DNA from: Octopus sinensis
Taxonomy: Eukaryota
Direction: 5' to 3'
Length of the DNA: 37,104 nucleotides
NCBI RefSeq assembly: GCF_006345805.1
Contig: NW_021836825.1
Span: 1 to 37,104, forward strand
Positions within the stretch are counted from its first letter, which is position 1; each line of letters begins with the position of its first letter. The notes beneath the pieces are model-generated. The model made no database searches. It had not been told where the DNA came from and was given only the letters and a program-made list of their open reading frames with translations. The translations under genes and the position numbers were made by a program. Of this stretch, positions 22,193 through 34,889 are shown in pieces.

Positions 22193-22560
22193 ATCATCAT
22201 CATCATCGTTTAATGTATGTTTTCCATGTTAGCATGGGCTGGACAGTTTGACTGAGGTCTAGAAAGCCAGTGGCTGCACCAGGCTCCAATCTGATCTGGC
22301 AATGTTTCTACAGCTGGATGCACTTCTTAACACCAACCACTCCGTGAGTATAGTAGGTGCTTTTTATGTGCCACTGGCATGGGAGCCAGTCAGGAGGCAC
22401 TGGCATTGGTCATGTTCGGATGGTGCTTTTTATGTGTCACAGGCACAGGAGACAGTCAGAAGGCCCTGGCAATGATCACATTTGGATAGTGCTTTATACA
22501 GGCCAGTCAGGGGGCATTGGCATCGACCACGTTTGGATGGTGTATTTTATGTGCTACCAT
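22193..22560 (-). mobile_element. 3' tail of the same RTE-type family (3'UTR repeats and (ATG)n tail)
   Basis: Reverse complement aligns with 18211-18413 and with the 16474-16729 repeat units. Confidence 0.75.
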
Positions 22561-22561
22561 A

Positions 22562-23578
22562 TAGCTTAGTTTTTCCTTGGGGCTGGCCAGATTGGAGCAA
22601 TCTCGAGTATAACCAGCCGAAATTGCAAAGATAATCTAGAACTCGACTGAGGATAGAAAACTTTGAATGACCCGTCCTTGTTTTCTTTGTATCTTCTGTC
22701 TGGATGTTTTGTTGTCTCTTTTTTGTATCACCTAACTGTCTGGATGTTTTGCATTCTTGTCCCACTTGTGTATTTTTTATATATAAAAAAAATATAGCAG
22801 CGTACATACACTTTGGTCTCTTATATGTAAGTATATATATATCTAAATTTTGTATGACTCTATTATTCTTTCTATTCTTTAATTCCTTCTTTCTATCAAC
22901 CCTTTCACGCTTACTTGTTCATTCCACTCTTTGTTCTTTTATTCCCCCTCTCTCACATTTCCTGACCTTCTCTTCATGCTAACTTTCCCTTCTCTCTTAC
23001 TTCACTGTATCCCTTTCATTTTTTTCTTGCCCCTCCTTAATTCTTCTATCTCTCTGCCTCTACATCTCTCTCCTCTCCCCACGTGACTGGTGTTTGGCCA
23101 AGCCTGACCTTTCTTTCTTGGTTCGACTCCCATCCGTGCAACATCTATATTCCTCCCTGTGTCTGTCTAATCCTATGTCCCTGCCATAAGGCTTTATTTT
23201 CACACACACCAGCTTAATTTAATTCATCCTTAGTCAAAAGACACATGTTATTATGTCCTGTTATTTGCATTTGTATTTGTGTAACATTCTCTGTTTTTTT
23301 TTCCGTGCTTGTTTTCATATACATTCGCTGCTTTCTTCCAAGGAATCTAATGCTCTTAGTTTAATTTTTCCTTGGGGTTGGCCAGATTGGAGCAATCTCG
23401 AGTATAACCAGCCAAAATTGCAAAGATAATCTGGAACTCGACTGAGGATAGAAAACTCTGAATGACCCATCCTTGTTTTTTTGTATCGTCTGTCTGGAAG
23501 TTTTGATGTCCCTTTTTTGTATCACCTAACTGTCTGGATGTTTTGTGTTCTTGTCCCATTTTTGTATTTTATATATAT
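22562..23578. mobile_element. Non-coding element with ~220-bp direct repeats (22562-22785 and 23357-23578) around a ~570-bp core
   Basis: The two copies align closely (ORFs 22547..22807 and 23356..23559 are near-identical); no TG...CA ends and no TSD seen. Confidence 0.7.
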
Positions 23579-23583
23579 ACATA

Positions 23584-24847
23584 TCAGGTCATCCCATAAG
23601 TGCTGTCCGATTTTACCTTTTTTAAAATTGAATGAAATTTAATAGTATTTTAGGATGTCTAATGGAATTAAAAATTATTATCATGCATTTGTGTACATTT
23701 AAACTAATTAAATATTATTTTACAGAATAATAGAATTAAAATTTCTTTGATTAAAACCCTTTCTAACATGGAAGTATCTAAAGAGCATTTGAGGCACATA
23801 ATGCTTTATGAGTACAAAAAAAGGAAACTCTGCAGCTGAAGTGACTCGAAACATACACTCAGTTTATGGGATAGAACGCTTGAATGAAAGAATTTGCAGA
23901 AGACAGTTTGCAAAATTCAGAAGTGGAGAATTTCAGCCTTAAAGATGAAGATCAAACAGGACATCCAGCTGAGTTTGATGATGAGATCCTTGAGGCATTA
24001 TTTGAAGAAAATCCTGCATTATCAGTTGAAGAATTGACAATAAAGCTTAGTTCAAACCATACAACTGTTCATTGTCATCTTCAACAAATTGGAAAGGTTC
24101 CTAAACTTGGAAAATGGGTGCCTCATGAATTGTCTCAATGCAATCACAAATCCTGAGTTGACATCTGCTCTTCTCTCCATTCTCATGAACTCATTTCACC
24201 TTTTTTGGATAGACTTGTGACTGGTGACAAAAAATGAATTTTCTGTCAAAATGTTAAATGTTGTAAACAGTGGCTTGGTAAAAGGGAAAAAGCTCAACCA
24301 CAACTGAGAAGGGAACTTCATGGGAAAAAGGTTCTTCTCTCTATCTGGTGGGATTGCAAAGGAGTAATTCACTTTGAATTGTTATCACCTAATGCAACAG
24401 TCAATGCTCAAGTCTACTGTCAGCTTTGAAGAAAAAAGATCCACTTTAGTGAATTGAAAGGGAGTAATGTTTCATCAGGACAATGCACAACCCCACACTG
24501 CAAATATCACATCACAGAAGATTGAAGAGTTTGGTTGAGAAAAAATTCCTCATCCACCTTATTCTCCTGACCTTGCTCCTTCAGACTACCATTTGTTTTG
24601 TAGTTTACAGAATCATTTGGGGGATGTAACTTTCGCAAGCCAGGAGGAGGTCGAAACAGACATTTCAGAGTTCTTCGCTTTGAAACCAAAAGAGTTTTAC
24701 ATTCATGGGATTAAACAGCTTGTAAATAGACAGAAGGAAGTCACAGATAATCAGGTAAAGTACAAGGATTATTAAATTTCAATTAAATATAACATTTGAT
24801 CACTTTTCTTTATTCAAAATTCAGACAGAACTTATGGGATGACCTGA
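23584..24847 (+). mobile_element. Full-length (1264 bp) decayed mariner transposon, Hsmar1/cecropia-like, with TA target duplication
   Basis: TIRs tcaggtcatcccataagtgctgtccga and its reverse complement (about 27 bp, 2 mismatches); TA on both sides; ATG at 23768, MEVSKEHLRHIMLYEY; GKWVPHEL; TGD.K; HQDNA.PH; HPPYSPDLAPSDYHLF; stops and frameshifts. Confidence 0.93.
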
Positions 24848-24991
24848 TATATATATATATATATATATACATATATATGTTTATCAGTTTGTTTTGCAAG
24901 ATTCCTGATGTGAAATCAGGTGTTGAAACAGATATTGTTGTATTTCGGGCTGGTCATTTTTTTTTTGCCAAATAAGCACACACACTATATA

Positions 24992-25063
24992 TAAAGTAAT
25001 AAACGAGTGAAGAAAATATATATACATATTTTTTTTTCTTTTCTTCACTCATTTATTACTTTA
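24992..25063. repeat. 25-bp inverted repeat with a 22-nt AT-rich loop
   Basis: taaagtaataaacgagtgaagaaaa (24992-25016) versus ttttcttcactcatttattacttta (25039-25063); one mismatch. Confidence 0.85.
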
Positions 25064-26447
25064 CTTATTTTATTATTTTAACTCATGACCATTGACCGGA
25101 AATCTTTCGTCACATATCTGTGATCTCTTTGGCAACGCTTTTCATAATTGTGTGTGTTCTTGCTCCACTTACTCCATTCTCTTCTTCTAAGATAGGTATG
25201 CATATGTTTGTGTCCTTGTTTTTGTGTGCACATGTTCATGTTTGTATATGTGTGTATGTATGCTTGTGTGTGTGTCATAGTGTTCAGCAGCAGTGTGACC
25301 TTCCCTTCAGCCCCATCCTCTCACTCCATTGTGCTGCTGCTGTCCTAAGACCTGAAAATATGGTACAGTTCCTGTATTCCTCTGTGTATGTGTGTTTGCC
25401 CATGGTGTTGCCATCATGGTTGTCACTGCCACTGCTGCTGTCATTATTAATCATGAATGCAATGAATATAACAGGAACAGGCTTACCTTGTATGAACTAA
25501 AGAAGCAAGGAATACAAATACTTCGAGATCAATTGATTTCACTTTTTATATGAATATATTTAAAGCTTGCCAACTGGATATATATAACATTTGAAGCAAA
25601 CCCATACACACACACAAGAAATTTCATGGACAGCCACAAAAATGTCAACAACATGATTAACAATGACAGCAGCAGCAGCAGTGACAACAATGGCAATAAC
25701 AGCTACCACGATGTAAAAGTGAACATTTGAGTGATGATAATGATGATGAAAATGATGATGATGATAGTGTTATTTACTGCTTTTTCATGACTGTGAAATC
25801 TTTTGGCTTCTAGATAACATTTTATGGCAATCTGTTTCGAGTCTGGAGTGTAATTTCATTGAATAAAATGAACATAGTTTCAGACAGATTACTATTTAGG
25901 AGTTAATGATTATAGTTTGATACCCCAATCAAGTAGTGATTGATACCACTTAAGCTCTTATCAAAACTGCTCTAGAGGTATGCTATAGACTTGCATTGAT
26001 GGATAACAATACCTGGTGAGATGCAATATTGTCAGCTTCTGTAGCACACACAAAAAGTAGTTTCCTGTTTTGAAGAAATTTTAAATACCTTGACAGATTT
26101 CAATTAAAGAAGGACAATTCCCAAGAAGTTAGACCAGCCATGGACAAGCAGTTTATGACTCAGTTTACGCCTAATGTCACATTTATTATTCACACTGGGC
26201 TTGCCAAATGAAAGGACATAATTATGCCCAGGATGCTACCCATACATACAGATGCACCAGAGTCATGGTAAGATGTGCTCAGAAGACACTGTAAAGTTGT
26301 TGGTGATAGGAAGGGCATCCAGATAAAGGAAACATGCCAATGTATGAGGCAAGACATAGTCCCCTATCTGTCAAGAAGGGGAGGAATCCTATATAAGAAC
26401 TGATTTAATTTAAGATAATCCTTCTAACTCATGTCATCACAGAAAAG

Positions 26448-26815
26448 TAGTGTGGCTGCGTGATAAGAAGTTTGCTTTCCAACTGCAATGGTTTCAGGTT
26501 CAGTCCCATTGCATAGCACCTTGGGCAAATGTCTCCTATTATAGCCTCAGGCTGATAAAAGCCTTGTGAGTGGATTTTGTAGATAGAAACTGAAAGAAAT
26601 CTATTGTGCGTGTGTGTGTGTGTGTATTTTTGTCCTCATCACCACTTGACATCCCGCATTGGTTTGTTTATACTTCAGCAACTTAGTTCAGCAAAAAAGA
26701 TCAAGAGAATAAGACCCAGGTTTAAGAAAATAAGTATTAGGGCTGCTTTATTCAACTAAACCCTTCAAGGCAGTGCCCCAGCATGGCCGCAGTCCAACAA
26801 TTGAGACAAGTAAAA
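26448..26815 (+). mobile_element. tRNA-derived SINE family A, full length
   Basis: tRNA-like head (gtggctgcgtgataag...ggttcagtccca), ccttgggcaa motif, internal (GT)n, tail ggcagtgccccagcatggccgcagtc and A-tract. Confidence 0.8.
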
Positions 26816-27012
26816 AAAAAATGCTGCTGCTGATAGTGGTGATGGAGCTGATGATGATGATGAGGTTGATGGGGTGTTTGACGTTGATGAGAACAATGGT
26901 GATGATGACAATAACTACAACGATGATGATGATAATGATGTAAATGATTATCTTTCGATAATTAACAGTTTAATTGTAATTGATAGTTTACTTCAATTAA
27001 ATACGAACTTAC

Positions 27013-27139
27013 TGAGCAAAGTCCTGTAGAACCAGTGAATGTCCTGCATTGTTCTTGAGGACTGTAGACTTGTCCAGTAGGTCTACTAACAGTGGGTATA
27101 TCATTAAATAGTTTTCCTGGATTTTCCAAGCAGTTATTT
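27013..27139 (-). CDS. ADAMTS-like exon, 127 nt: NNCLENPGKLFNDIPTVSRPTGQVYSPQEQCRTFTGSTGLCS (end of catalytic domain, start of Cys-rich/disintegrin-like module)
   Basis: Acceptor ttttacatttgcAG and donor GTaagt; phase 2 to phase 0; GQVYSPQEQC resembles the ADAMTS 'PGQ.Y....QC' motif. Confidence 0.93.
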
Positions 27140-28111
27140 CTGCAAATGTAAAATATATTATATCTATAAGACATATTAATTGCATAAACATTTATAACTT
27201 CTTAATCTAAGCCCCTTTTATCTTATACATATAAATGTATAAATCTATAAATCCCTCTCTCTAGCAGCATGGTCATCTTACCTGCATATATCATACAATG
27301 TATCTGGACATCATGTTGTTCTCAGGGGTCAATCGTGCTCAGCCTTTCACATAACCTAATAAACAATACTGAACTCTTCAGTTGACTGTCTATTATTTCA
27401 ATGCTATTGTTAATGTTTTTATCATTGAACTTTTAATTATGAAGTATTATACTAATATTTTACTACTTTGTATATTTTTTCATTCATTAGGTTCTGACTT
27501 GTTCAACTCCCTGTTACACTAATCATATAGCTATCACTTGCCCCTTTAAGATTATTAATATTCACTCTTCCTTTTATCTAAGCCTACTTATATTGTTTTC
27601 ATCCTTTCAATTTATTCTTGTCTCACCATCTTCTTGCTATCTCTCTTCTTTTCCATACTTCTTTATTTTCTCTTTGAACATTTACGATTTCTTTGAAGCT
27701 ACTCCAAAAATACCCATCTCAACTGATTTATGATACTCTGTATAATGATACACACATTTAACATTGTTTTACTTTCTCAATTAGACAACTGTCTGAGTAT
27801 ACAGACTAACTAATAAAGCCAGCTTCAGAAATGATCTTATCAATTATTACCCAAAATCTATCATTTTTACCTTTTCTTTATTTGCATGTTTAGTAGAATC
27901 TCCTCCTACAAGAATATGAATGCCTTCTTGTCTGTAAGCCCATGTAGGTGAATTCTTTCAAGTTTTTCTCATATGACTTTATTCATTCAGTCATAATGAA
28001 ATGACTATGAGTTTTATGCTAAATAATCAATATTTTATCATCAATATTACACAATCATTGCTTATAATCATGTTTTCCAATTTGTTAAATATATATTGAG
28101 AGAATGTGAGA

Positions 28112-28125
28112 GTGAGTGAGTAAGT

Positions 28126-28196
<71 letters not shown>

Positions 28197-28255
28197 GAAG
28201 AGAAGAAGAAGAAGAAGAAGAAGAAGAGAAGAAGAAGAGAAGAAGAAGAAGAAGG
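28112..28255. repeat. Compound microsatellite (GA)n-(TAA)n-(GAA)n
   Basis: Seen directly; explains the low-complexity ORFs 28027..28299 and 28124..28414. Confidence 0.95.
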
Positions 28256-29609
28256 CTACCTAAGGTAATCCATTGTTTCCTTTTACTGACTGTTTTCATC
28301 TGGCATCATGCTGTGCTTGCGAAGACCCACCCATCTCAGCAGAACTCATGTTCTGTCAAGCCTTCTCCCACAACTCAGCTTCTATTTTACTCACTTTCTG
28401 CTACACTGAACTAATTCCCTGTCTCTAATTATCTGTCACACCATTTTTACTCAGTGCACTTCCTATTGTCTCATATTCATGTTGTACCTGAATCTCACAT
28501 CTTTTTCTTTCTCTCTCACTTTCCTTGTGGGAAACCTCTTCAGCAAGACACTTGCTCCTCTACCTCTATCACAGTTTCTTTCTCCAGTCTATACCCCACT
28601 CATTTGAGGGGTCTTATCTTGTGGGTACTCAACAACCTCATTGATGCTGATGCTATGTAAAAAGTATGCAGTATCTGCTGTTAAGTTATTGACACTAGGA
28701 AGGGCATCCAGCCGTAGAAAACCTGGCAGAGCCCTCTGGCTTATTTATTCTTGTCAAACTAAACCAACTCATACCAGAATGGAAAAAAAGGAAGGAGGTT
28801 AAATGATGATGATAATGACTGTCTTGTTGTCTATCTCATCCAGGTAAAGGTGACATTTGAAAACCTTGCACCATCATCTATATACAGCTGATTTGTAAAC
28901 CAATATTTATATACCCCAGCCTTGCATTCTGTAATTTATATACCCCAGACCTTTACCTCACCATTTACATACATCAATCTTGTATATACCCTAGTCTAAT
29001 ATTTCATCATGTGCACCCTGTTGTCTATATACCCTAGCCATGTATCACACTCATGCATTGAATAAATTCCTTAAGTACCAATATGATGTGATGGTGATAC
29101 TACAAGACAAGAAAAGACTACTATGTGGTCAACCTGCTAGAAATAGCAGTGAAATTTTACTCAAAATACACAGTGCCTTATTAAAAAAAGACACACATTG
29201 GATAGTGTGGTCATGGGGATGCATTGTGCCTTGTGAAAAGATGGGATGGTCACAACAAGTAAAACAGCTTTGATTCCAGATTTGGCTCATCTCAGTTGAC
29301 CTGGGGCTAAACAAAAACAACAACAACAACAACGATAATGATAACAATGACTATAGTAAGAAAAATCAAAACTGAAGTTAATAATTAGAGAATGGTAGAA
29401 TTGGTAGATTGCAAAACTAAATACTTCAAGCTATTTACTTGTCCCTTTACTTTTGGAAGTGAAATCCTGCCAAGATAACTTTGTTTTGTTTCCATAGAGA
29501 GTCAGTAAAATAAAGTACCAGACAAATTTTGGACAGTACATCTCTACCAATCCCAACATATCATATTATCACTAGGGTAGAAAACTATATTTATTTCCAA
29601 TAAACTTAC

Positions 29610-29774
29610 GACAGATCTTGCACAAATCTTTTCATTGTATTGATACTACAGGGAGAGAATAGAAAACTGTTCAGTTTTTGTGATGGTGATTGATTATTCA
29701 CAACACTTGCTGACATAATATAGGAATCACTCTCAAGACACTCGTTGTCAATTCCATCATGTTTACTGTTCAAA
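29610..29774 (-). CDS. ADAMTS-like metalloprotease exon, 165 nt, third zinc ligand and Met-turn: LNSKHDGIDNECLESDSYIMSASVVNNQSPSQKLNSFLFSPCSINTMKRFVQDL(S)
   Basis: Acceptor ttttcattatAG and donor GTaagt; phase 2 to phase 2; completes HEIGHSLNSKHD, YIM Met-turn and FSPCS; lies within ORF 29606..29869. Confidence 0.95.
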
Positions 29775-30085
29775 CTATAATGAAAAACAAATATACAAAA
29801 ATTAAAATTAAAAAGAAAAACAAAGAAAAATGTAAGATTAATTTTGGAGAGGCAAATAATAAAAATCAAAATTAAAATAAAACATTAAAATTGTGAGGCA
29901 GTTATCTAGAATGTCTTTGTGAAGATGGTCATAACTGTTATCTGAAATTATTACTTTTGATTAACAAATTGATTATTGTAAACAAAATGCCATTGATAAT
30001 GGCTTTATATATTTAAATATTTAAATAAAGTTATTAAATGTCCTCATTTTTATGAGGGTTTGATCCACTATTCCTTGATCCATAC

Positions 30086-30191
30086 CTGTGTCCAATTTCA
30101 TGAGCAGCAATTAAGACTTCTGTGAAACCTCCATTTTGAACAACAACAGAAACACTTTGCACTGTGCACATTGCCCCAACATTTGCTATCC
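30086..30191 (-). CDS. ADAMTS-like metalloprotease exon, 106 nt, carrying the HExxH zinc motif: IANVGAMCTVQSVSVVVQNGGFTEVLIAAHEIGH(S)
   Basis: Acceptor tacatgtttcAG and donor GTatgg; phase 1 to phase 2; encodes HEIGH. Confidence 0.93.
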
Positions 30192-30565
30192 CTGAAACAT
30201 GTAAAATAACATGTTAAAAACACTAATTTCTGTGGTAAAGCAGAAGAAAACCCTGGAAATAAATTATATACAACACCTGTATCTCCTATACATACATGTA
30301 CACAGACATGCAAATGTACATATCCACATACACATAATATACACATGTATCCTCATATGCGCGCGCACACACACACACATCCACATACATGTCAACAGGC
30401 ACTCACTTGCCATTAAAAGCAACAATTACCTCTCACACTTTCAGTTAGTCAGAAGCCAAAGACATGAGTAGCCCACATGTGCTTTGCCCTGGATCTCTCC
30501 AATCTTTTCTTACCTCTTTACTTTCTTCCTTGGACTTTCTGCTTGTATCCAACAGAGGCTGATGT

Positions 30566-31618
30566 CACTGTGCAACACTCAAAAAAGTACAAGAGATCTG
30601 TGGCCATTTTTATATCCAAAATGACATGGGAAATCCATTTCTGGCCTTCTTTTTGTTGAATTAGGCAGGGTTTCTACAGAATTGTCACTGTATAACCTTT
30701 TTGTCATTATTACTAAATAAAATTCTCTACCACATTGTAAAATAGGTTTCTACCCAGGGCTAGAGACCAATCTTAGTAACACCTACAATGTGATTCAAAG
30801 TTTGTGCTTAATGTTATTTTTTATCTTTCAGATCTTATTTGTTTTCAACAGATTCTGTTATATCTGTGGGGAATTGACTTTTGCTAAAGAAAAGTGCAAT
30901 ATTACATGCAGTATTACAAGAAAATATACAAGGTGTACTTTGATTGTTATTTAGGAGACCAGGATAAGTCATGGGCTCCTCATGTGTGTTGCCTTACATG
31001 TGTGAAGACATTGAGTGCCTGGTATGCAACAAAAAACGTTCACATGAAGTTTGGTGTGCCAATGATTTGGTGTGAGCAGAAAGATCACTCTAATGATTGC
31101 TATTTCTGTCACCATGACTTTACAGGCTGTACTACAGCAAAGAAAAAGAAACACATTGTTTACCCAAATTTGCAATCAGCAATGTGCCCAGTAGAGCACT
31201 CAGAAAATTTACCTGTGCCCAAACTTCCAGATCAAGAAATACAGAGTTCCAGCAGTACTGATGAACATTCCAGTGGTGAATGTGTGGAGCCCAATGATCC
31301 TGAAAATGAGAATAAACCAATACCATTTTCTCAAGGGGCTCTAAATGACTTGTTCAGGGATATCTAATTAACCAAAGAGAAAAGTGAGTTTCTGGCATCA
31401 AGGCTTCAAGAACATAATCTCCTTGAGAAATGAGTGAAGATAACACTGTACAGAAAACGTACAGAGGATCTGCTTGCATTATTCACCATGAAGAATGACT
31501 TGTGGTTTTGTAATAACATCACTGAAATTTTTGAGCAACTGGAAATACCATATGATAAAACCAACGGGCAATTTTTCATAGATGCATCCAAGGACAGCAT
31601 CAAAGCTACTTTATGAAA
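30566..31618 (+). mobile_element. 5' part of a CMC-superfamily (Chapaev3-like) DNA transposon; transposase truncated after the first catalytic Asp
   Basis: FCYICGE, YFDCYLGDQDKSWAPHVCCLTC, KFGVPMIWCEQKDHSNDCYFC, YPNLQSA.CPVEHS.NLPVP, NDL.RD...K.E.LASRL, FIDASKDSIKA; putative terminus cactgtgcaac at 30566. Family assignment from memory. Confidence 0.7.
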
Positions 31619-31619
31619 T

Positions 31620-32107
31620 CCCCAGTTTACAGGTTTTATGTTTCAGGTACAAGATCCAAATTTTGAAGTGCATGTTACCAAGAAATTTATAGAAAGCATA
31701 GAAAAGCTTCTCTTAAGCAAATAACTCTAGACTTGTTTTATAAAAAGAAATCTACAAGTCCATCTATGAATGCTTGTGAATTGGCAGTCATGTATACAAG
31801 TGATGGTATGCATGAATCTAGTATGAGTGAAAGTGATTCAGAAAATGATTAAAATAATAATAATATTTTTTTATTATAAATGATCTTGACATTCTTTTTA
31901 TATTACATAAAATATTCTTTCCATTCTACTGTTGTTTTATTGCCATTTATTTACAAGTATTATAGATTTTATATGTAAAATATTTTTCTGGGAATGAATT
32001 ATGATTCATAACATTGTTACTATGGGAAATTATTGCTCTGCTTTATGAGTTTTTGCTTTATGAGTGGCCTCCACAAACAAATTAACTCATATATTGAGGC
32101 ATTACTG
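31620..32107. mobile_element. One end of a Tigger/pogo-like DNA transposon
   Basis: Reverse complement of 32107 downward reads cagtaatgcctc...atgagtt...ttcccatag, a Tigger-type terminus, followed by TA; inner boundary approximate. Confidence 0.45.
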
Positions 32108-33095
32108 TATATTGTTTTGAAAATAAAAACACATGCACTGATTTTATTTCCCTTCTTTTTATTGTTAATGAACTAATTAATCAATTAACTTATTTGTCAC
32201 ATGACTAATTGCTTGATTTTTTAATCAACTAATCAGCTGGTTTGTCACAGTTCTTTCATTGCCATTTGTGACCACACCATTGACATGGCTTCATTGCTTC
32301 AGCTCTGCAATGATGTATCCACACAGGATAAACTAAGGCTTGTTATTGTAATTATATATTTTGGAATATGTATGAGAAATTGAGTGAGAGAGTATGTGTG
32401 TGTCACTGGTGATGAGATTTCTTTGTTTCATTTGGTCAGTGTCTGTGAGCACAGATTGCATGTATGTGGGCATGTGCATACATGTAAACATATGTAGTGA
32501 CAACTTAAGGCATGGACACACTGGATAGTTACCTATGGACTCTTACAGGTAGAGGGGCTCAATTCTAATCTATGTATATTGTGGCTTGCTGTCGATAAAT
32601 AAATACTATAGGGTCTAGTGCATTGAATTGCCAAGCTGCCTACAATACTGCTAAGAAGACCCCAAGCATATGTGTATATGTGCATGCATTTGGGTGAAGG
32701 AGTTTGATGGTCACTTAGTCCTGTATGTTCATCACATGTCTGTGATAGTGAGATTCTGGTTAACTAACTCAATTTTGATTCTCTACTGAAGCCAGTTTAA
32801 TATTCTTCCCTGATCTAAAAATCAATACCATTGCAAACTAATTTAAAAAGTGAAACTCTCGACTATTGTATTGTTTTCCTCTGGTCTATGATATTCTGTC
32901 TTTTAAACATTCTGTCATGATATTCAATCTTTTAAACATTCTGTCAATCAATATGTCTTGAATTTGTAGGCATCTTCTTTTCTTTGTAATTCATTATGCT
33001 ACAGTAGTCACAAGCCTTCTTTGGGACAAAATCATTAATGAAGAAAACGAAAGGAGCACAACAATTAACTTCAAAAAATGACAATAATTACTTAC

Positions 33096-33130
33096 CAACA
33101 GTTGAAGAAGCACCAGCTGAAATTTTGTAT
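33096..33130 (-). CDS. ADAMTS-like metalloprotease exon, 35 nt, (x)YKISAGASSTV(G)
   Basis: Acceptor tttttattgcAG and donor GTaagt. It ends in phase 1 and joins the next exon to give STV-G-IANVGAMC, matching the reprolysin 'T.G.A..G.MC' motif. Confidence 0.8.
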
Positions 33131-33899
33131 CTGCAATAAAAATAAAAACCATTTTTTCAACGTTTTATATGGCATAAAATATATGCAATTGGAAAATGTT
33201 GATACATTAATTGATGTACAAAGGCCTAAAAAACTATGATGTATGGAGTATTAGAGTGAAAAACTAATGTAGAAAAACCTAAAAAAACTGTATTATATGC
33301 AGAATTGTATTTTATGATTTTACTTGTCATTGACTGTGGTTCAGCAGTTAGCAGTGGTTGTGGTTCAGTACCACTGTATGTCACCTAGGGCAAGTTTCTT
33401 CAACTATAGTTCCAAACCAATCAAAAATTTGTGAGTGCAGAAAAACTGAAAGCAGATTGTCATTTGTATTGTGTGTGTAAGTGTGACTTTAAACAGCATC
33501 CACTAGCAGGGTCCTAGTATGGGAATGCCAGAGCTTTGGGGTGTGTTGAACCACTTCTGAGCCATTATTGTTCCCAGGTCTACTCTGACCTGGAGTAGTA
33601 GCACTTGTTAGGATCCCAGATATGTGATAATTACTTTGTGAAGGACACCTACTTCTCATTAAAACTTCCCTCTAGAAGGTAAATCCCTATATATATATCT
33701 ATGTGTATATGTATACACATATATAAATACACATACATACATACATACATACATACATACATACATACATACATACATACATACATACAACATATATGAT
33801 CCTCATTTAGCATTCAGTTCCTATGCTTGTATGGGTAGGATGGTTTGGCAGGTATTGAAAGGCTAAAGTATGATAGAGGGACAGGTACATGTGTTTCTC

Positions 33900-34720
33900 T
33901 ATAGAGAAGATATATGGCTGAAGGAGATAAGAAGGTAGTGAAAGGACAAGAAGGTGAACATAAGAGGATAGGGGCAGTGGGTCATGGAAAGTGATGAGAA
34001 ATGTGATGCTTTCATAAAAGTGTGAGGAAGGAAGTTAATGTAGTGAGTGATGAACAAGAGTGTGGGTATGATGGGGATATATCAGTGTGTAGAGTGGATA
34101 AGATAGAAGATATTAAAGTGGCTCAGGAAAGAGAATAGAACAGAAAAAAGTTGAATGATGTGCAAAGTGTAAGAGCAGTGGAGAGGGAAATATAGGGAAT
34201 GTATCCTGATATTTACCTCTCCACTGCTCTTACAGCTATAATATGAGGATCATGATGGTAGATATGGGAGTGCATTGAGAATGATAACAGATAAGGAAGG
34301 TGTTTAGAATGGAATATACCAGAAGGGAGAAAGAGCAGTGATTGAAGGTACAGAAAGGAGGTGATTGATTGAAATAGTGATGGTAGGGATGTTGAGGAAT
34401 GGAAGCAGTTCTGGGGAGTGGTGTGAGACCATGTGGGAGGAGATGGCATGTAATGTGTGCCAATACTGCTTTTGGATGAGTACAGCAGTCATTTAATGTA
34501 GTACCATAGTTGGGAGAGGGATGAAAATGGAGGGATTGCTTGACATGTCAAAGAGAGGAGGAGCAACAGGGTCTCACATGTACAAGCATAACTGAGCAGT
34601 TTTAAGATATCATTTTTGCTGTAATGGACAGGTCTTTTCAAGTATGGTAAAATGCCAGTCATCCCAGGCCTTTGTCGGCTCCTCTGTAAGGCTAGTTAAC
34701 ATACATGTGCAGGACATGTT
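33900..34720 (-). mobile_element. Heavily decayed Penelope-like RT fragment
   Basis: ELLPFLNIP.ITISINHL motif (ORF 34304..34492), resembling the RT thumb at about 20110; boundaries approximate. Confidence 0.45.
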
Positions 34721-34889
34721 TGTAGCTACATAAGTACATTTGCATAAAGGTATATAATATAATAATGAATTTGATATTAATAATAATCACAATAATGGTA
34801 ATAACAATAATAATGATAATAAGGGTAATGAAAGTGGTAAAAATATGATGTTGAATATAACTGGGTGGCATACAAGTTATATTGATGTC

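Larger units (their letters stand above)
3089..33130 (-). other. Span of a partial multi-exon host gene: ADAMTS-like M12B (reprolysin) zinc metalloprotease; N-terminal exons and terminal exon not found in the window
   Basis: Seven exons with GT-AG boundaries and matching phases join into 770 nt (1 nt + 256 codons + 1 nt) without a stop: YKISAGASSTV-G-IANVGAMC...AAHEIGH-S-LNSKHDG...YIMSAS...FSPCS...-NNCLENP...TGQVYSPQEQC...-IFFNQ...CGSKK-WCVSGKCV...-KCPFGD...CCKTCNPDK. Confidence 0.92.

Noticed and set aside
22640-22685. Hammerhead-like CUGAGGA...GAAU...GUC in the direct repeat (also at about 23440-23475)
   Set aside because: GAAA is not intact, stem I does not pair, and the GUC is absent in the second copy.
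25487-25496. Apparent 10-nt microexon on the minus strand (ttcatacaag) with a good acceptor (ttccttgcttctttAG) and donor (GTaagc)
   Set aside because: Exon 27013 (phase 0) already joins exon 13413 (phase 0) in frame with correct Cys spacing. Including 10 nt would shift the frame, so it is at most a poison or cryptic exon and is unsupported without RNA-seq.
27282-27355. 74-nt AG/GT-bounded candidate exon between two real exons
   Set aside because: It has stop codons in all three frames and no protease similarity.
29760-30100. Asn instead of Gly in the zinc motif (HEIGHSLNSKHD versus HExxHxxGxxH)
   Set aside because: Not unusual: several active ADAMTS enzymes, such as ADAMTS1 and ADAMTS4, have HExGHxxNxxHD.
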